From Hemiscyllium ocellatum (lineage: Eukaryota): a DNA stretch of 64,000 nucleotides. The notes below the pieces were generated by a model that had not been told where the DNA came from, did no database searches, and saw only the letters and a list, made by a program, of their open reading frames with translations. A program made the translations under genes and the position numbers. This document shows, in pieces, positions 24,801-37,012 of the stretch (positions within the stretch are counted from its first letter, which is position 1; each line of letters begins with the position of its first letter). Where the stretch lies: NCBI RefSeq assembly GCF_020745735.1, contig NC_083447.1:13162035-13226034 (forward strand), read 5' to 3'.

Positions 24801-27800
24801 GCACTGCTTGGGTATCGGGGAGGAAGTTGGGGGACTTGGACATGGTGGATGTCTGGCAGAATCTCCATCCTGACTCCATCACCTTCACCTTCGTGAGGCC
24901 TGGGGTCAGAGCATCCAGAATCGACTGCCTATTCGTTTCGTGGGCGTACGCCTCCTGCTTTCCGTGGCCTCCATGCGGCAAGTGCTGTGTACAGACCATC
25001 ACCTGGTGTGGGCAGAACTCCTTCCATTCGGCGCCCGGCTCAGGTCCACATACTGGCACTTTAACAACCTGGTGCTGGAGGACGAGCGGTTCTGGGAGTT
25101 GGTCCATCGAATTTGGGCTGGCTGGAGAAGGAAGCGGGCAAGCTTCCCCTCCCTGACGCTATGGTGGGACGTGGCAAGGTTCATGTCTGCAGTTTCTGTC
25201 AGGAGTACGCAAGGGGGTCAACAAAGAGGCAGAATTCCAGGATTGAGGAGTTGAAGAAGGAGATGCTTGATCTGGAGTCATGTCTCAGTCAGTCCGATGT
25301 GGACCTGGCCCTACGAGGGGTGTATAAAGTGAATAAGGTCACACTCAGAGACCTGCAGCTCATCGGTCCTGGGGCGCGTATGTGAGGTCATGGATCTAGC
25401 TCCTCCAGGACCTGGAACATGGTTCCCCTTCTTCTACTCGCTGGAAAAAAGGCAGGGCACCAGTCAACAGCTCCTTGTGCTGCTGGCTGACAACCGGTCT
25501 CTCGTCTTGGATCCAGAGGGTATCAGGGCCCATGTCCGATCCCACTACATGGTTTTGTTCTCTCCGGATCCATTCAGCGAGGATGCTCACAAAGTTCAGT
25601 GGGAGGAGCTGACCGGCGCCCTCGGCAGGCTCTCAAGGGGCAAGTCCCCAGGGCTGGTACGGGCTGACTGTGGAGTTCTTCAGGGCGTTCTGGGACATCC
25701 TAGGGAGCGACTACGCACAGGTTCTGGGGGATTGTCTAAATGCCGGAGAGCTGCCCCTTTCCTGGCGCAGAGTGGTCATCGTCCTGCTGCCAAAGAAGGG
25801 GGAACCTTCATTCTTTGAAGAACTGGGATCTGGTCTCCCTCCTTGGCACGGATTACAAAATTTTCGCCAGGGCACTGTCTTCTCACCTGGCTTCTGTGCT
25901 GGTCCACATGGTTCATCGAGACCAATCCTACACAATCTCAGGCCAGAAGATCCACGGCAACATCCATCTGAATCGGGACCTGATTCATTTCTGTTGATGG
26001 GCTGGTCTGACGAACACCTTCTTGTCTCTTGATCAGGAGAAGGCATTCGACAGGGCTAATCATGAGTATCTGCTCAGGACTCTGCGGGCATTCGGGTTTG
26101 GGAAGCGATTCATCACCCAGATCTTGCTTTTGTCCAGTGCTGCAGAGTTCTGGTTAAAGTTAATGGCTCCTTGACGGTACCCCTTCGCTTTGGGAGAGGA
26201 GTACATCAAGGCTGCCCCCTGTCCAACCAGCTGTATCCCCTGTGTGTGGAGCCTTCCTGTGCCTCTTGTGGAGGATGTTGGGGGTGGTTCTGCATGGCAC
26301 AGGCACGGCGATGGTCCTCTCGGCTTACGTCGATGACGTGCTCCTCACTTTCACCGACCCAGCTGACCTGGGGAGGATGTGCAAGTGCCAGGTAGTGTAT
26401 TCAGCAGCCTCTTCCAGCAGGACCAACTGGGCCAAATGTTCTGGACTACTGGTCGATCCGTGGTATGTGGACTGTTTGCCGGAGAGGTTTTGGAGGTTTC
26501 AGCTGGAGTACCACCCATCTCCTCTATCTGGGGGTCTACCCCAGCCCGGCTGAGGAATCCTGGCCGGAGAACTGGCAGGAACTAGAGGCTAAAGTCTCGG
26601 CTCGCCTAAGCCACTGGACAGTTCTGCTCCGATTGCTATCTTACAGGAGTCGAGTGCTGGTCATAAACCAGCTGGTGGCCGCCATGTTATGGTACCAGCT
26701 GGTCTTTTTGGTCCCTTTTCCTGGTTTTGTCGCTGACATCCTGAGAACGTTGGTTCACTTCTGGGACAAAAGGATGCACTGAATCATTGTCCAGGTCCTG
26801 AGTCTCCCTGTTGAGGAGGGCGGTCAGTCGCTGGTGTGCATCCGCACTCAGGTAGCGACGTTCCGTCTTCAGATCGTGCAGCGATACCTTTACGTTGAGC
26901 CTCCTCCTAGGTGATATGCCCTGGCAATGTATTTTTTTCGCCAGGTGCATACCCTTAACTATGAGGCGCAGCTCTTGTTCATCGACTATGACGGTTTAGA
27001 GTTTGCTCTCAGGACACTGCCTGTCTTTTACCAGGATCTGGTCACTGTCAGTAGCAGCTGTCGTCAGGGAGCCATTGGTCAGGAATCCACACGTCTGCAC
27101 TCGGGGGTTTGAGTGGCTGTCTGAGGGGAGGGTCGTGGTGGCGAGGGTGACCAGGGTCGGGGACGTGCTGGGTAGCGGGGCCCGGGGTGGATGCTGCTGC
27201 ACGATATAGCAAAGAAGGCAGCGGTAGACATCCAGTTCGTGGTCACTGCCATTCGACGCATTTAAATGGTGGTGCTCAGACCCTACATCATGCACCAATT
27301 GGAGGATGCTCAAGTGTGTGTTGGAATCCCGTCTGCACATGCCCCTGCCTGGATGGAATTTCAAGGTCCTGTACTTCCTGTGGGGACCTGTGCCCCACAG
27401 CCTGAGCTGCCTCTGAAGTTTTAGTTTTGCCCCCTTTGGGGGCTGCTGCTGCACACTGTCCACCTCTTCTCCCTCATCCACCGCTTGGTCATGCCTTGGC
27501 ATACTCATTTGCCACCGGGCGGTGTTGGTCCCCAATGGAGGGCTCTCTCCGTGGGAATCCGCCCCCTTTCTCTCGGGGATCTGGGGTGGAGGGTGCTGCA
27601 TGCAACAGTCACCTGCAACCGCAGATTGTGGTGGTTCAAGGACTCCCAGCCCAACTGCTTGTTCTGTGGTGCTGTGGATCATGTATATATTGGGTGTGGG
27701 CATTTGCACTCCCATTTTTTATTTTCTTAAAAACCTTCTCTTCTGTTTTTGGTTGCACTTCAGTCCAACGCTGAAGGCACCCGGTGCGGAGGGGGGTGGG

Positions 27801-27862
27801 TAGGTCAGAGAATCTCCTTATGGGTCTGCTTCTGGGCCAGGCCAAGCTAACCATAAACAAGT
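21820..27862 (+). mobile_element. Near full-length degenerate Tx1/L1-clade LINE (5' region, ORF1, ORF2 with APE, RT and C-terminal zinc knuckle)
   Basis: ASLNIN, LKETH, ILGGDFNCIL, SRID, TDHH (APE); KSPG, TDYKIFA, DQEKAFDR, GVHQGCPLS, AYVDDV (RT); C-terminal CLFCG...H. GC-rich; many frameshifts. Confidence 0.88.
22040..22625 (+). repeat. Degenerate GC-rich tandem repeat (GCTGCTGCCTGGG.CCCCACC-like units) in the 5' part of the Tx1-like LINE
   Basis: Repeated CTGCTGCCTGGG(G)CC motifs every few tens of bp. Confidence 0.7.
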
Positions 27863-27869
27863 CGACATA

Positions 27870-28425
27870 TCAATGCACCTCATGATTTTATAAACCTCTG
27901 TAAGGTCACCCCTCAGCCTTCTACGCTTCAGGTAACAAATGTCCCAGCCTATCCAGCCTCTTCTGATAACTCAAATCCTCTAGCCTTGTAAATCTTTTTA
28001 CACACTTTTCAGTTTAATAACAGCCTTCCTATAGCTGGGCAACCAGAATTGTATGCCTTAACAAATGTGACTATACTAATGTCCTGTACAGGCATTACAT
28101 GACTTTCCAACCCCTATATTCAATGCTCTAACCAATGAAGGCAAGTGTGCCAAACTCTTTCTTCACCAGCCTGTGATGCCACTGTTGAAGAAACTATGTA
28201 CCTGCACCTCTCGACCTCTGTTTTCGACAACACTCCTGAGAGCCCTACTATTAACTGTGTAAGTCCTGCCCTGGTTTGCCTTACCAAAATGCAACACATC
28301 ACATTTACCTAAATTAATCTCCATCTGCCGTTTCTCGGCCCATTGGTCTAGTTGATCAGAATTCCACTGTACTCTCAGATAAGCTTCTTCATGTCCAATA
28401 TGCCACCAAATTTGGGAAGTTTGTA
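27870..28425 (-). mobile_element. CR1-type LINE fragment
   Basis: DQWAEKRQMEINLGKCDVLHFGKAN on the minus strand. Confidence 0.8.
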
Positions 28426-28829
28426 ATCTCAGCCGCTTTGAAAGAGTTAAACAATTCATCCCATTCTTTCCATACAGTGCTGCATGCGTTCATTTTTCTT
28501 GTATATTCCCCTTTGAGTTACAGTTGCATCCATTTTCAGGTAGCACACTCTAGATCAGGACAACCTGTCACATAAACAAATGAAATCTTCTGTTTCATTT
28601 GCCAATGGCCGTCAACAACTACTTCATTTATATAGCACCTTTAACATCATCATAGTGTCCTCTGATTAACAACCCACCTGCCAGTAGAATAGTTTCTCAT
28701 TTTTCCTCCATCTAAATCCCTTCATAATTCTGAGCCCCTCGAGCTACTCTTCTCCTAACTTTCTGAGGTGAACAGTCCTGGACTGCTTGAGATTTTTCAC
28801 ACTGCAGATATTCACTACTCGTTATCAAA

Positions 28830-29135
28830 TGGGCGGCACGGTGGTTAGCACTGCTGCCTCACAGCGCCCGAGACCCGGGTTCAATTCCCGACTCAGGCGA
28901 CTGACTGTGTGGAGTTTGCACGTTCTCCCCGTGTCTGCGTGGGTTTCCTCCGGGTGCTCCGGTTTCCTCCCACAGTCCAAAGATGTGCGGGTCAGGTGAA
29001 TTGGCCATGCTAAATTGCCCGTAGTGTTAGGTAGGGGGTAAATGTAGGGGTATGGGTGGGTTGCGCTTCGGCGGGTCGGTGTGGACTTGTTGGGCCGAAG
29101 GGCCTGTTTCCACACTGTAAGTAAGCTAAAAAAAT
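28830..29135 (+). mobile_element. HE1-type tRNA-derived SINE
   Basis: GGGCGGCACGGTGGTTAGCAC (A box), GGTTCAATTCCC (B box), conserved body, CR1-like 3' tail (GGCCTGTTTCCACACTGT). CpGs well preserved, suggesting a young copy. Confidence 0.92.
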
Positions 29136-29619
29136 ACAACTTGCTCTTTGCTGGATTTATACCTCCTCCAGGATGTAAGCCACAAATGGGCTTGAAATGA
29201 TCTCTCCATACAGCCTCTCATTTTCATATTTCTTTAATTTCAGACATTCTGACGTGAGCACAACTGGTACCATGAAATGTATTAGTTAGGCAGCCATAAA
29301 CTACATTGTATTTTACAGTAACACCAAACTGGCACCTTGGATAAATGTTTCAACACCAACACTGTTAATTAAACAGCCCAACACCTTCTCCTGGAAACTT
29401 TTGCAAACACCACTGATGAACAGGGTGTGTTTGTAAGGAACAGTCAGTTCCATTTATTTGTTAACAGATTTTGTTTGCTCTGAATTGATGTGACATTTAC
29501 TGGTCCTCCTGTCAAGTTTTGCAGGGGTGTGCTGATTTCTTTGTGAAGAGGTTAAACTTTAAGCACGAAAGCTAACTTTTGAGAAAATAAATACTATGCA
29601 GACCAAGGTGCCCTTGGTA

Positions 29620-30310
29620 TACAGATCACAGAAAGATACCACACAGAGGTACAGCAAGCAATTCAGAAGGCAAGTGGTGTATGCACCTTTATTACAAAGT
29701 AATTTCAGTAAAAGGGTAAAAAGGATTTATGACAATTGCATAAGACCACATCTGGAGTACTACATATAATTTTGGCTTCCATACCTAAGATGGTTTTGGA
29801 GAGAGTTCAACTGAGTAATTCCTGAATATTCTTACGAGGAGTGGACAAAGTAGATTGGGTCTATATTCTCTTAGGTTCGGAAGGCTGAGAAGTGATCTCA
29901 ATAAACATATTAATTTTTTAAAAAAACATGATAGGATAGATGCTGGGAGAATGATTCCTCTAGCTGGGGAGTCAGAATTTATGAGTTCGGGATAAGCCAT
30001 GAAAGGAAATTTCTTACTCAAAGGGTTCCTAATCTTTCAAATTCTCAACCATATCGTGGATTCTGAAGAAGGATCACTTGACCCGAAACGTTAAGTCTGA
30101 TTTCTCTCCACAAATGCTGCCAACCCTGCTGAATTTTTCCAGAAATTTATATTTTTGACATGGATTCTTAAATGTTAAATTTATTCAAATCTGACATTGA
30201 CAGCTTTTTGGCTACTGTGGGAATCAAGGATTAATGCAGATAGCGTGGGAAGGTGGAATTAACCATTGAATGGTGGAGCAGGCTCAAAGAGTCGAAAGAC
30301 TTACTCCCGT
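29620..30310 (+). mobile_element. Old CR1-type LINE 3' fragment with an inserted Penelope-type terminus (~30060-30155)
   Basis: RPHLEY and RRLRSDL-like remnants, CR1 3' UTR; CTGAAGA...GAAACGTT motif at 30063-30092. Confidence 0.6.
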
Positions 30311-31142
30311 TCGAACGCATTACATTCTTAATCACTGAAGGTGTAATGTGCTGTATTTAGGTTACACCTTGAATATGCTATGTCCAGCTCCAGTCATCAA
30401 GGCACAGACGAAGATCCAACTGTGACAGTGCTAGACAGAAGGGCCACAAAGCTGATCTCTAATGTCAAAGAACAAGGAAAAATTTGAAAAATAAAGGTAC
30501 GTCAGTCTAAGAGTAGGTGAAGCAGAGAGTTCCTAAGAGGGAATGCTAAAAATATATTTCAAAATGAAGCAAATTGAAGCAATTTTACAAGTTAAATCAC
30601 TTTTTACAAGATGATAGCAAAACTGATTGCAAGGAAACATTTTGCCACTCAGAATGATTGTACTCTTAGAAGGAGAGTGAAGGGAAACTCAGAAACTGTT
30701 GCTTAGATATTGTTTAGATACAATAATAGGCATTTTCGCAGGCAATAAGGTAAGTGGGTACAGTGACTTCCCTCATCACTGTATATGGTCCCATTAGACA
30801 TTCTATACCAGGAATCCTCCTACCTGTGCTCCGTGAAAGGTATTATCCACTTCCCCCTTTTTCATTAGCTGGAATATAGAATAGAAGAAGGTGCAATACT
30901 AATCCTGGAATTCCCTCCCTCAGGGCATTGTGGACCAACCTACAGCACATGGACTGCAGTGGTTCAAGAGGGCAGCTCACCACCCCCTAATCAAGGGCAA
31001 CTAGGGACAAGCAGTAAATGCTAGCAATACGTGAAAAACTTTTTTAAAAAATTAGCTATGGTCTAAATGAATGGAAGAACAGTCTTGAGGGGTATACTCC
31101 TGTTCCATCTTTCAGAAGAAACATGTTCATAAAGAAACTAGA

Positions 31143-31353
31143 GTCAAAAAGTGTGGTGCTGGAAAAGCACAGCAGGTCAGATGGCATCCAAGGAGAATTG
31201 ATGTTTTGGCCATAAGCCCTTCGTCACATTTCTGATGAAGGGCTTATGCGCAAAATATCAATTCTCTGGATCCTCGGATGCTGCCAGACCTGGTGTGCTT
31301 TTCCAGCACCACACTTTTCAACTCTGATCACCACCTGCAGTCCTCACTTTCTC
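31143..31353. mobile_element. Palindromic insertion of two inverted Penelope-type termini
   Basis: Inverted arms centred at ~31228; exact 15-bp duplication CATAAAGAAACTAGA at 31128-31142 and 31354-31368. Confidence 0.85.
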
Positions 31354-31929
31354 CATAAAGAAACTAGATCCAAGATCAGTCAAGTATGTGGGTCAGGAAA
31401 TGATAATAAATGAATGAACCAAACAGCAGAACCCCCAACAGCCAATAAAGACACAAACCTAATCATGCAGTTAAACAAGGAAAACAAAAAGAATGTGCCA
31501 GGATGCTTGTCAGGAAGCTGCAATTATTCTCAAAACCATGGGGTGAAAGAGGAAGATCATTAAGGAGTCTGATTCCTGATTCTCAATAATGTGGATAAAT
31601 GTGTAAATGTCAGATGAAAACTGAATTACGGCATTTGATAGTAGAATGCTCTCTCTCTCACACACATTCACGGGAATGGTGATTGGGCAGCTTATTGATG
31701 CCTACCAGTTTCTGGGGAAACAATCCAGCTTCGATACACAAGGCCTCCCATAGAAAATTGGAACAGCAAAGAGAGTCTGAAGAAGAGTACCAGGTCACCA
31801 AAAAGTTGCACCTTGGAAACTTTATCCTGCTCTGTACAAAAGACAAATCTGAGCCATGAATGCTTCCAGATTTGTTACTCAAATTTCTCCCTATTCTGGG
31901 ACTTGTTTGGGGTATGGGTAATGGGACAA

Positions 31930-32512
31930 TATTTTTGTCCTAAAGCCCAAAGAGTGCAGGAGGAGTGAAGTCTTGCTTCAATTGTAAAGCAGCTTCATTA
32001 GACAGCACCTGGGTACTGTGTGTAGTTTTGGTGTCCTGATTTCAGGAAAAATATTATTGCCATAGAGGGAATGCAACAAAGACTCACCAGACTTGTTCCT
32101 GGGATGGCACTATTGTCCTATGGACAGAGATTGAGCAAATCGGGCCAGTAATGTCCAGGGTTGCAGAGATTGAGAGGTGATCTCATTGAAACCTATAAAA
32201 TACTTACAGGATTAAAAGGGTAGATCCAGATAATATGTTTCCCCAGTTGCAAGTCTAAAACCCAATTAGCACAATTTTTAAAAAAAAGAACGGGTACCAT
32301 TTAGGTCCAATATATGGAAATTTTCTTTATGCAGAGGGTTGTGAATCTTTGGCTTTGAGTATATTTAGGTGTGAATAGATTTCTTATTTCTCAAATTGTG
32401 TACATAATTATGGGGATTAGTGGCTAAAAGGCACTGAATTATTCGATCAGCCATGATCGTATTGAATAGCGGAACAGACTTGACGGGTTAAATGGCCTAC
32501 TCCAATTCCTAT
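31930..32512 (+). mobile_element. CR1-type LINE 3' fragment
   Basis: HLGYCV.FW, RLRGDLIETYKI, FMQRVVNLW, CR1 3' UTR. Confidence 0.7.
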
Positions 32513-33324
32513 TACAAATCACCATGTAACAGTAACGTTAAGCAGCAAATCTCAAATATCCTTCAAAAATGCAATTAGTTAAAACTTATATTCATATAGC
32601 ACCCTTCACTAGCATAGCAGCCAATTTACACACATCAAGCTCCCACGCAACAGCAGTGTGATAATGACCAGAGAATCTGTTTTATTGGTATAGGGATAAC
32701 TAACAGCCAGGACACGCGAAAAAATCGTTCCTACTTTTCTTCAAAATAGTGCAATGGCATCTTTCTATCATCTAGCCAAGAGGGGAGCCCACATCTTGGT
32801 TTCGTTCTTAACCCGGAAGTTGGAACCTCTGACGGTGCATCACTCTGGGCTGTAACTGCAGTTATTTTCCTGGATTTTCTATAGAATGGGGTCTGACATA
32901 AAGGAGTGACAATACTACTTATTCAGCTGCAGCTGTTATGGTGCAAGTGCACATCCCGAAAATGTGAAAGATGCGATAGAAATGTTAGCTCTTTTAAAAC
33001 ATATACAGCAAGCTCCATTGTAAACCAGCCCCGATCCAGTTTCCCTGTACAACCCACAAACTTTCGAAAATCCCATTTGGTGCTCGTAACCGTTGTGATT
33101 GACTCTTAACTACTGCCTGAAATGGCAATCAAAATCCACCGTAATCACAGTTTGGAGGTGATGATAGGTACATCTCAAAAATGAATTTTGAAAACTGCCT
33201 CCCTTACTTTCTCTGGTTATATATTTTTAGCTGCACTTTTATTTATCCAGAGAATTCAAACTCCAGTTAATTTTTTTTTGGCTTTTGTGTTTCCCTGTCT
33301 ATTTTTTAACTTCTAACAGGCCGC

Positions 33325-33642
33325 TCACTGCAGCTCGTCCAATAGGCGCTCCAACTTCTCCCTCTTGGTCCCCGAAAATTCTCCCATTCTGGCCGAGCGC
33401 CGGAAGAAGTGGAAGGTCGGCATGCATGTGATGCCGGCGGACCGAGCCAGAGGCTCTGCGTCGTCGACATCCACCTCCACGAAGACGACGTTGGTCAACT
33501 GCTCCGAGAGGTTGTAGAAGTGTGGCCGGATCATGCGGCAGTTGCTGCACCACTCAGCCGAGTACATAACAACCACTAGCTGCTCGGTCTGGCTCAACAG
33601 GTTCTGGAACTGCTTGGCGTCCTCCACGTGTCTCACCACCAT
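33325..33642 (-). CDS. Intronless thioredoxin-like protein, copy 3 (105 aa), active site WCSNC
   Basis: Colinear with vertebrate TXN (LVVVMYSAEWCSNCRMIRP, EVDVDD, CMPTF, GEFSG..EKLE). Intact, CpG-rich, strong Kozak (AGCATGG); AATAAA on minus at 33238-33243. Confidence 0.92.
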   Translation of the reverse strand: MVVRHVEDAKQFQNLLSQTEQLVVVMYSAEWCSNCRMIRPHFYNLSEQLTNVVFVEVDVDDAEPLARSAGITCMPTFHFFRRSARMGEFSGTKREKLERLLDELQ

Positions 33643-33880
33643 GCTGCTTCCGGGTCCGTGCCCCGCTTCCCACTGGCCCCGCCCTCAAGCCCGCACCCTA
33701 TTATGACGAAGGTCGACGTCAACATCCCATTGGCTGATTCTCATTGGCCGCTACGGTTTGCTACATTTTTCATGAATGGGTCGGAAGGGCGTCAGCTCCA
33801 TTGGCTGGAATGGGGTTGATTGACGGCGCAAACACCCTATCAGAAAGTCCATCAAGGCAGTTCTGTAACCACCCCAATAC
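33643..33880 (-). promoter_or_regulatory. CpG-rich promoter of Trx copy 3 with composite CRE, GC boxes and CCAAT boxes
   Basis: TGACG 33704-33708 plus CGACGTCA 33714-33721; ATTGG at ~33729, ~33743 and ~33800; CCCCGCCC ~33677. Confidence 0.62.
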
Positions 33881-34420
33881 TATTCAAAAGGACCGGAGAC
33901 GGTGGATCTGAACTTGCTAAGGACAGATTTCGCAACAGCAATGATAAAAGGTCCTGGTGGAAGAGGGTTAGTGTCTCTAACCTCGAGGCAAGGGTTCGAG
34001 TCCCACCTGTCCGAGAGGTGTGTACGTAGGCAGGTTAATTAAAATATGTAAACAAAATAGCGATCCATTGATGGTACTATTCCTGCCCCTACCTCTGGGC
34101 CATGGGACTGATGTTCAAGGCTTGCTCCCAAAGTGTCAAAACTGCCTGAACAGGTTGGATAGAAATGTGATCTGTTCTGAGTTAATTAACCTAAAACTCT
34201 CAACTATGCTTCTCTCTTCTCAAGATCTGCTTCAGTATTTCCTGCATTCACAGTATTTTACCCCAGAAACAATGATCAGTTAATTTGAGGGAGACTCATA
34301 TTGGACTCAAAACAGTAACTCTTTCTCTCCACGGGTGCAGCCAAACCTACTGATTTTATCCAGCACTTCCTTTTTTTTAATATAATTGACCTTTGTAACT
34401 ATTGTTTGAGGAGGAGAACT

Positions 34421-34600
34421 GTGGCGGCACGGTGACACAGTGGTTAGCACTGCTGCCTCACAGCGCCTGAGACCCGGGTTCAATTCCCGACTCAGACGAC
34501 TGACTGTGTGGAGTTTGCACATCCTCCCCGTGTCTGCGTGAGTTTGCTCCGGTTTCCTCCCACAGTCACAAAGATGTGCAGGTCAGGTGAATTAGTCAAA
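34421..34600 (+). mobile_element. 5' part of an HE1-type SINE
   Basis: Matches the head and body of the SINE at 28830. Confidence 0.85.
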
Positions 34601-34789
34601 TTAGCCTTTACTTGTTTCATATGCATGTCTCCTCCTATACCTTCAATTCCATATTCAGTAGCATACGTTTCTACTCTATTTTCACTCATGTACTCATCTA
34701 GTCTCTTTTTGAAAGCATATTTGCCTTGGAAACTTCCAATCAGCCCCTTTCGTCTGCTCCAGTCCTTCAAATGAATATCATTATCCACA

Positions 34790-35620
34790 AGGACAAAGTG
34801 AGGACTGCAAATGTTGGAGATCAGAAAAGTAGGTCAGGCAGCATCGCAGGAGCAGGAGCATCGATATTTTGGGTATAAGCCCTTTATCAGGAATACGGTG
34901 GTGGAGGAGAGGGCTAAGAGATAAATAGGAGGGTAGGGGTGAGGGTGAGAAGATGCAGGTAGGGGGTAATGGTGATAGGTCGGAGGGGAGGAATAGGTGG
35001 GAAGGAAGATGGACAGACAGGACAGTTGGATCTGGGATGAGGTGGGGGGAGGGGAGATGAAGAAACTGGTGAAGCCATGTGATTGGAGGGTCCCAAGGCA
35101 GAAGATGAGGTGTTCTTCCTCCAGGCATAGGGAAGAATGTCTCATCTTCCTCCTTGGGACTCTTCAACCACATTGCAGCAACGTCAACTTCACCAGTTTC
35201 CTCATCTCCCCTCCCCCACCTCATTCTAGGTCCAACCCTCCAACTTGGCTAGATTCCTGATGAAGGGCTTATGCTCGAAACGTCGAATTCCCTATTCCTA
35301 AGATGCTGCCTAGCCTGCTGTGCTTTGACCAGCAACACATTTTCAGCTGTGATCTCCAGCATCTGCAGACCTCATTTTTTACTCGAAGATCACCCCTTGA
35401 ACAGCCCAACCTGTCCATCTTCCTTCCCACCTATCTGCTGTACCCTCCCATCTAACCCCCCACCTGCATCTACATATTACTTCCCAGCTACCTCACCCCC
35501 ACACCAGCCCCCCACCCTCCTGTTTACTTCTCAAACCTCTTCCACCCACATCCATCCCCTACATTTCTGATAAAGGGCTTTTGGCCAAAACATCAATTCT
35601 CCTGCTCCTTGAATGCTGCC
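34790..35620. mobile_element. Rearranged Penelope-like terminal fragments in inverted orientation
   Basis: EEEHLIFCLGTLQ peptide (same as the C-terminus of the 57 kb element) in both orientations; hammerhead-type terminus at 35253-35288. Confidence 0.75.
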
Positions 35621-35629
35621 TAATTTCTA

Positions 35630-36232
35630 AATGTGGATTTGCTCGCTGAGCTGGAAGGTTTGTTTTCATCACCATACTAGGTAACATCTTCAGTGAGCCT
35701 CCGGATTAAGCACTAGTGGTGTAGTCCACTTTGGATTTATATGTTTGGGTTTCCTTGGGTTGAAGATGTCATTTCCTATGGTGATGTCATTTCCTGTTCT
35801 TTTTCTCAGGGCATGGTAAATGGGATCCAAGTCAATGTGTTTGTTGATAGAGTTCTGATTGGAATGCCATACTTCTAGGAATTCTCGTGCATGTCTCTGT
35901 TTGGCTTGTCCTTGGATGGATGTGTTATCCCAGTTGAAGTGGTGTCCTTTCTCATCTGTATGTAAGGATACTAGTGAGGGGGGTGTCATGTCTTTTTGTG
36001 GCTAATTAATGTTCATGTATCCTGGTGGCTAGTTTTCTGTCTGTTTGTCTACTATAGTATTTGTTACAGTTCTTGAAAGATATTTTGTAAGTGACATTAG
36101 TTTTACTTGTCTGTATAGGGTCTTTCAAGTTCATTAGCTGCTGTTTTAGTGTGTTGGTGGGTTTGTGGGCTACCATGGTGCCAAGGATGATGACTTGAAA
36201 GATCCTATACAGACAACAAGTAAAACTAATGT
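35630..36232 (-). mobile_element. Penelope-like element fragment (same family as 12442-13068)
   Basis: HHFNWDNTSI...REFLEVWHS...INKHIDL GIY-YIG C-terminal peptide; shared terminus. Confidence 0.8.
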
Positions 36233-36547
36233 CATGGGTACTGCTGCAGAATACTCAGCTGAGAATCCTGATAGGGTGACATGCACAGATAGGCAGGCAC
36301 TTTGAGATGCTGCGTATGTCAGCTGGCCCATCAAACACGTTCCTGACACTGTCAAAGACATGGAAAAATCCAGCTTCCAGCTGGCAGAAGGTATTCATAC
36401 AGCTAGCCTATTCCCCAGCTGTGGTTCTATTTCACTATCCTGCTGAAGATCCAGAGGTGCTCGCACTGTTACCACACTCTTGCTGCATTCTATGTGTGGA
36501 CTGGTCATCCGTTTTTCCTCCTTTCCTGTGAGGGTGCAGCAACACAC

Positions 36548-37012
36548 TAGCACATGTTGCCAAGGTTGGAGGATTTGCATTATAGGGAGTGGTTGAATAG
36601 GCTGGGGCTATTTTCTCTGGAGTGTTGGTGCTGAGGGGTGACCTTACAGAGGTTTATAAAATCATAAGGGGCATTGATAGAGTAAATAAACCCCAGGGTG
36701 GGGTGGGGGGGGGGTCCAGAACTAAAGGGCATAGGTTTAGGGTGAGAGGGAAAAGATATAAAAGAGACTTAAGGGGTAACTTTTTCATGCACAGGGTGGT
36801 GCGTGTGTGGAATGGGCTGCCAGAGGAAGTGGTGGAGGCTGGTACAATTGCAACATTTATGAGGCATCTGGATGGGTACATGAATAGAAAGGGTTTGAAG
36901 GGATGGGGCTGGATACTGGCATGTGGAACTAGATTGGGGTGGGATATCTGGTCGGCATGGACAAGTTGGACTAAAGGGTCTGTTTCCATGCTGTACATCT
37001 CTATGACTCTAT
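36548..37012 (+). mobile_element. CR1/HER1-type LINE 3' end
   Basis: LRGDLTEVYKIIRG, FFMHRVVRVWNGLP, 3' tail CTCTATGACTCT. Confidence 0.88.

Noticed and set aside
28830-28900. tRNA gene
   Set aside because: The A/B boxes belong to the tRNA-derived head of a multi-copy SINE; no complete cloverleaf.
33325-33327. TGA of copy 3 as a selenocysteine codon
   Set aside because: It falls at the normal Trx C-terminus, not the active site, and no SECIS was evident in the short 3' UTR.
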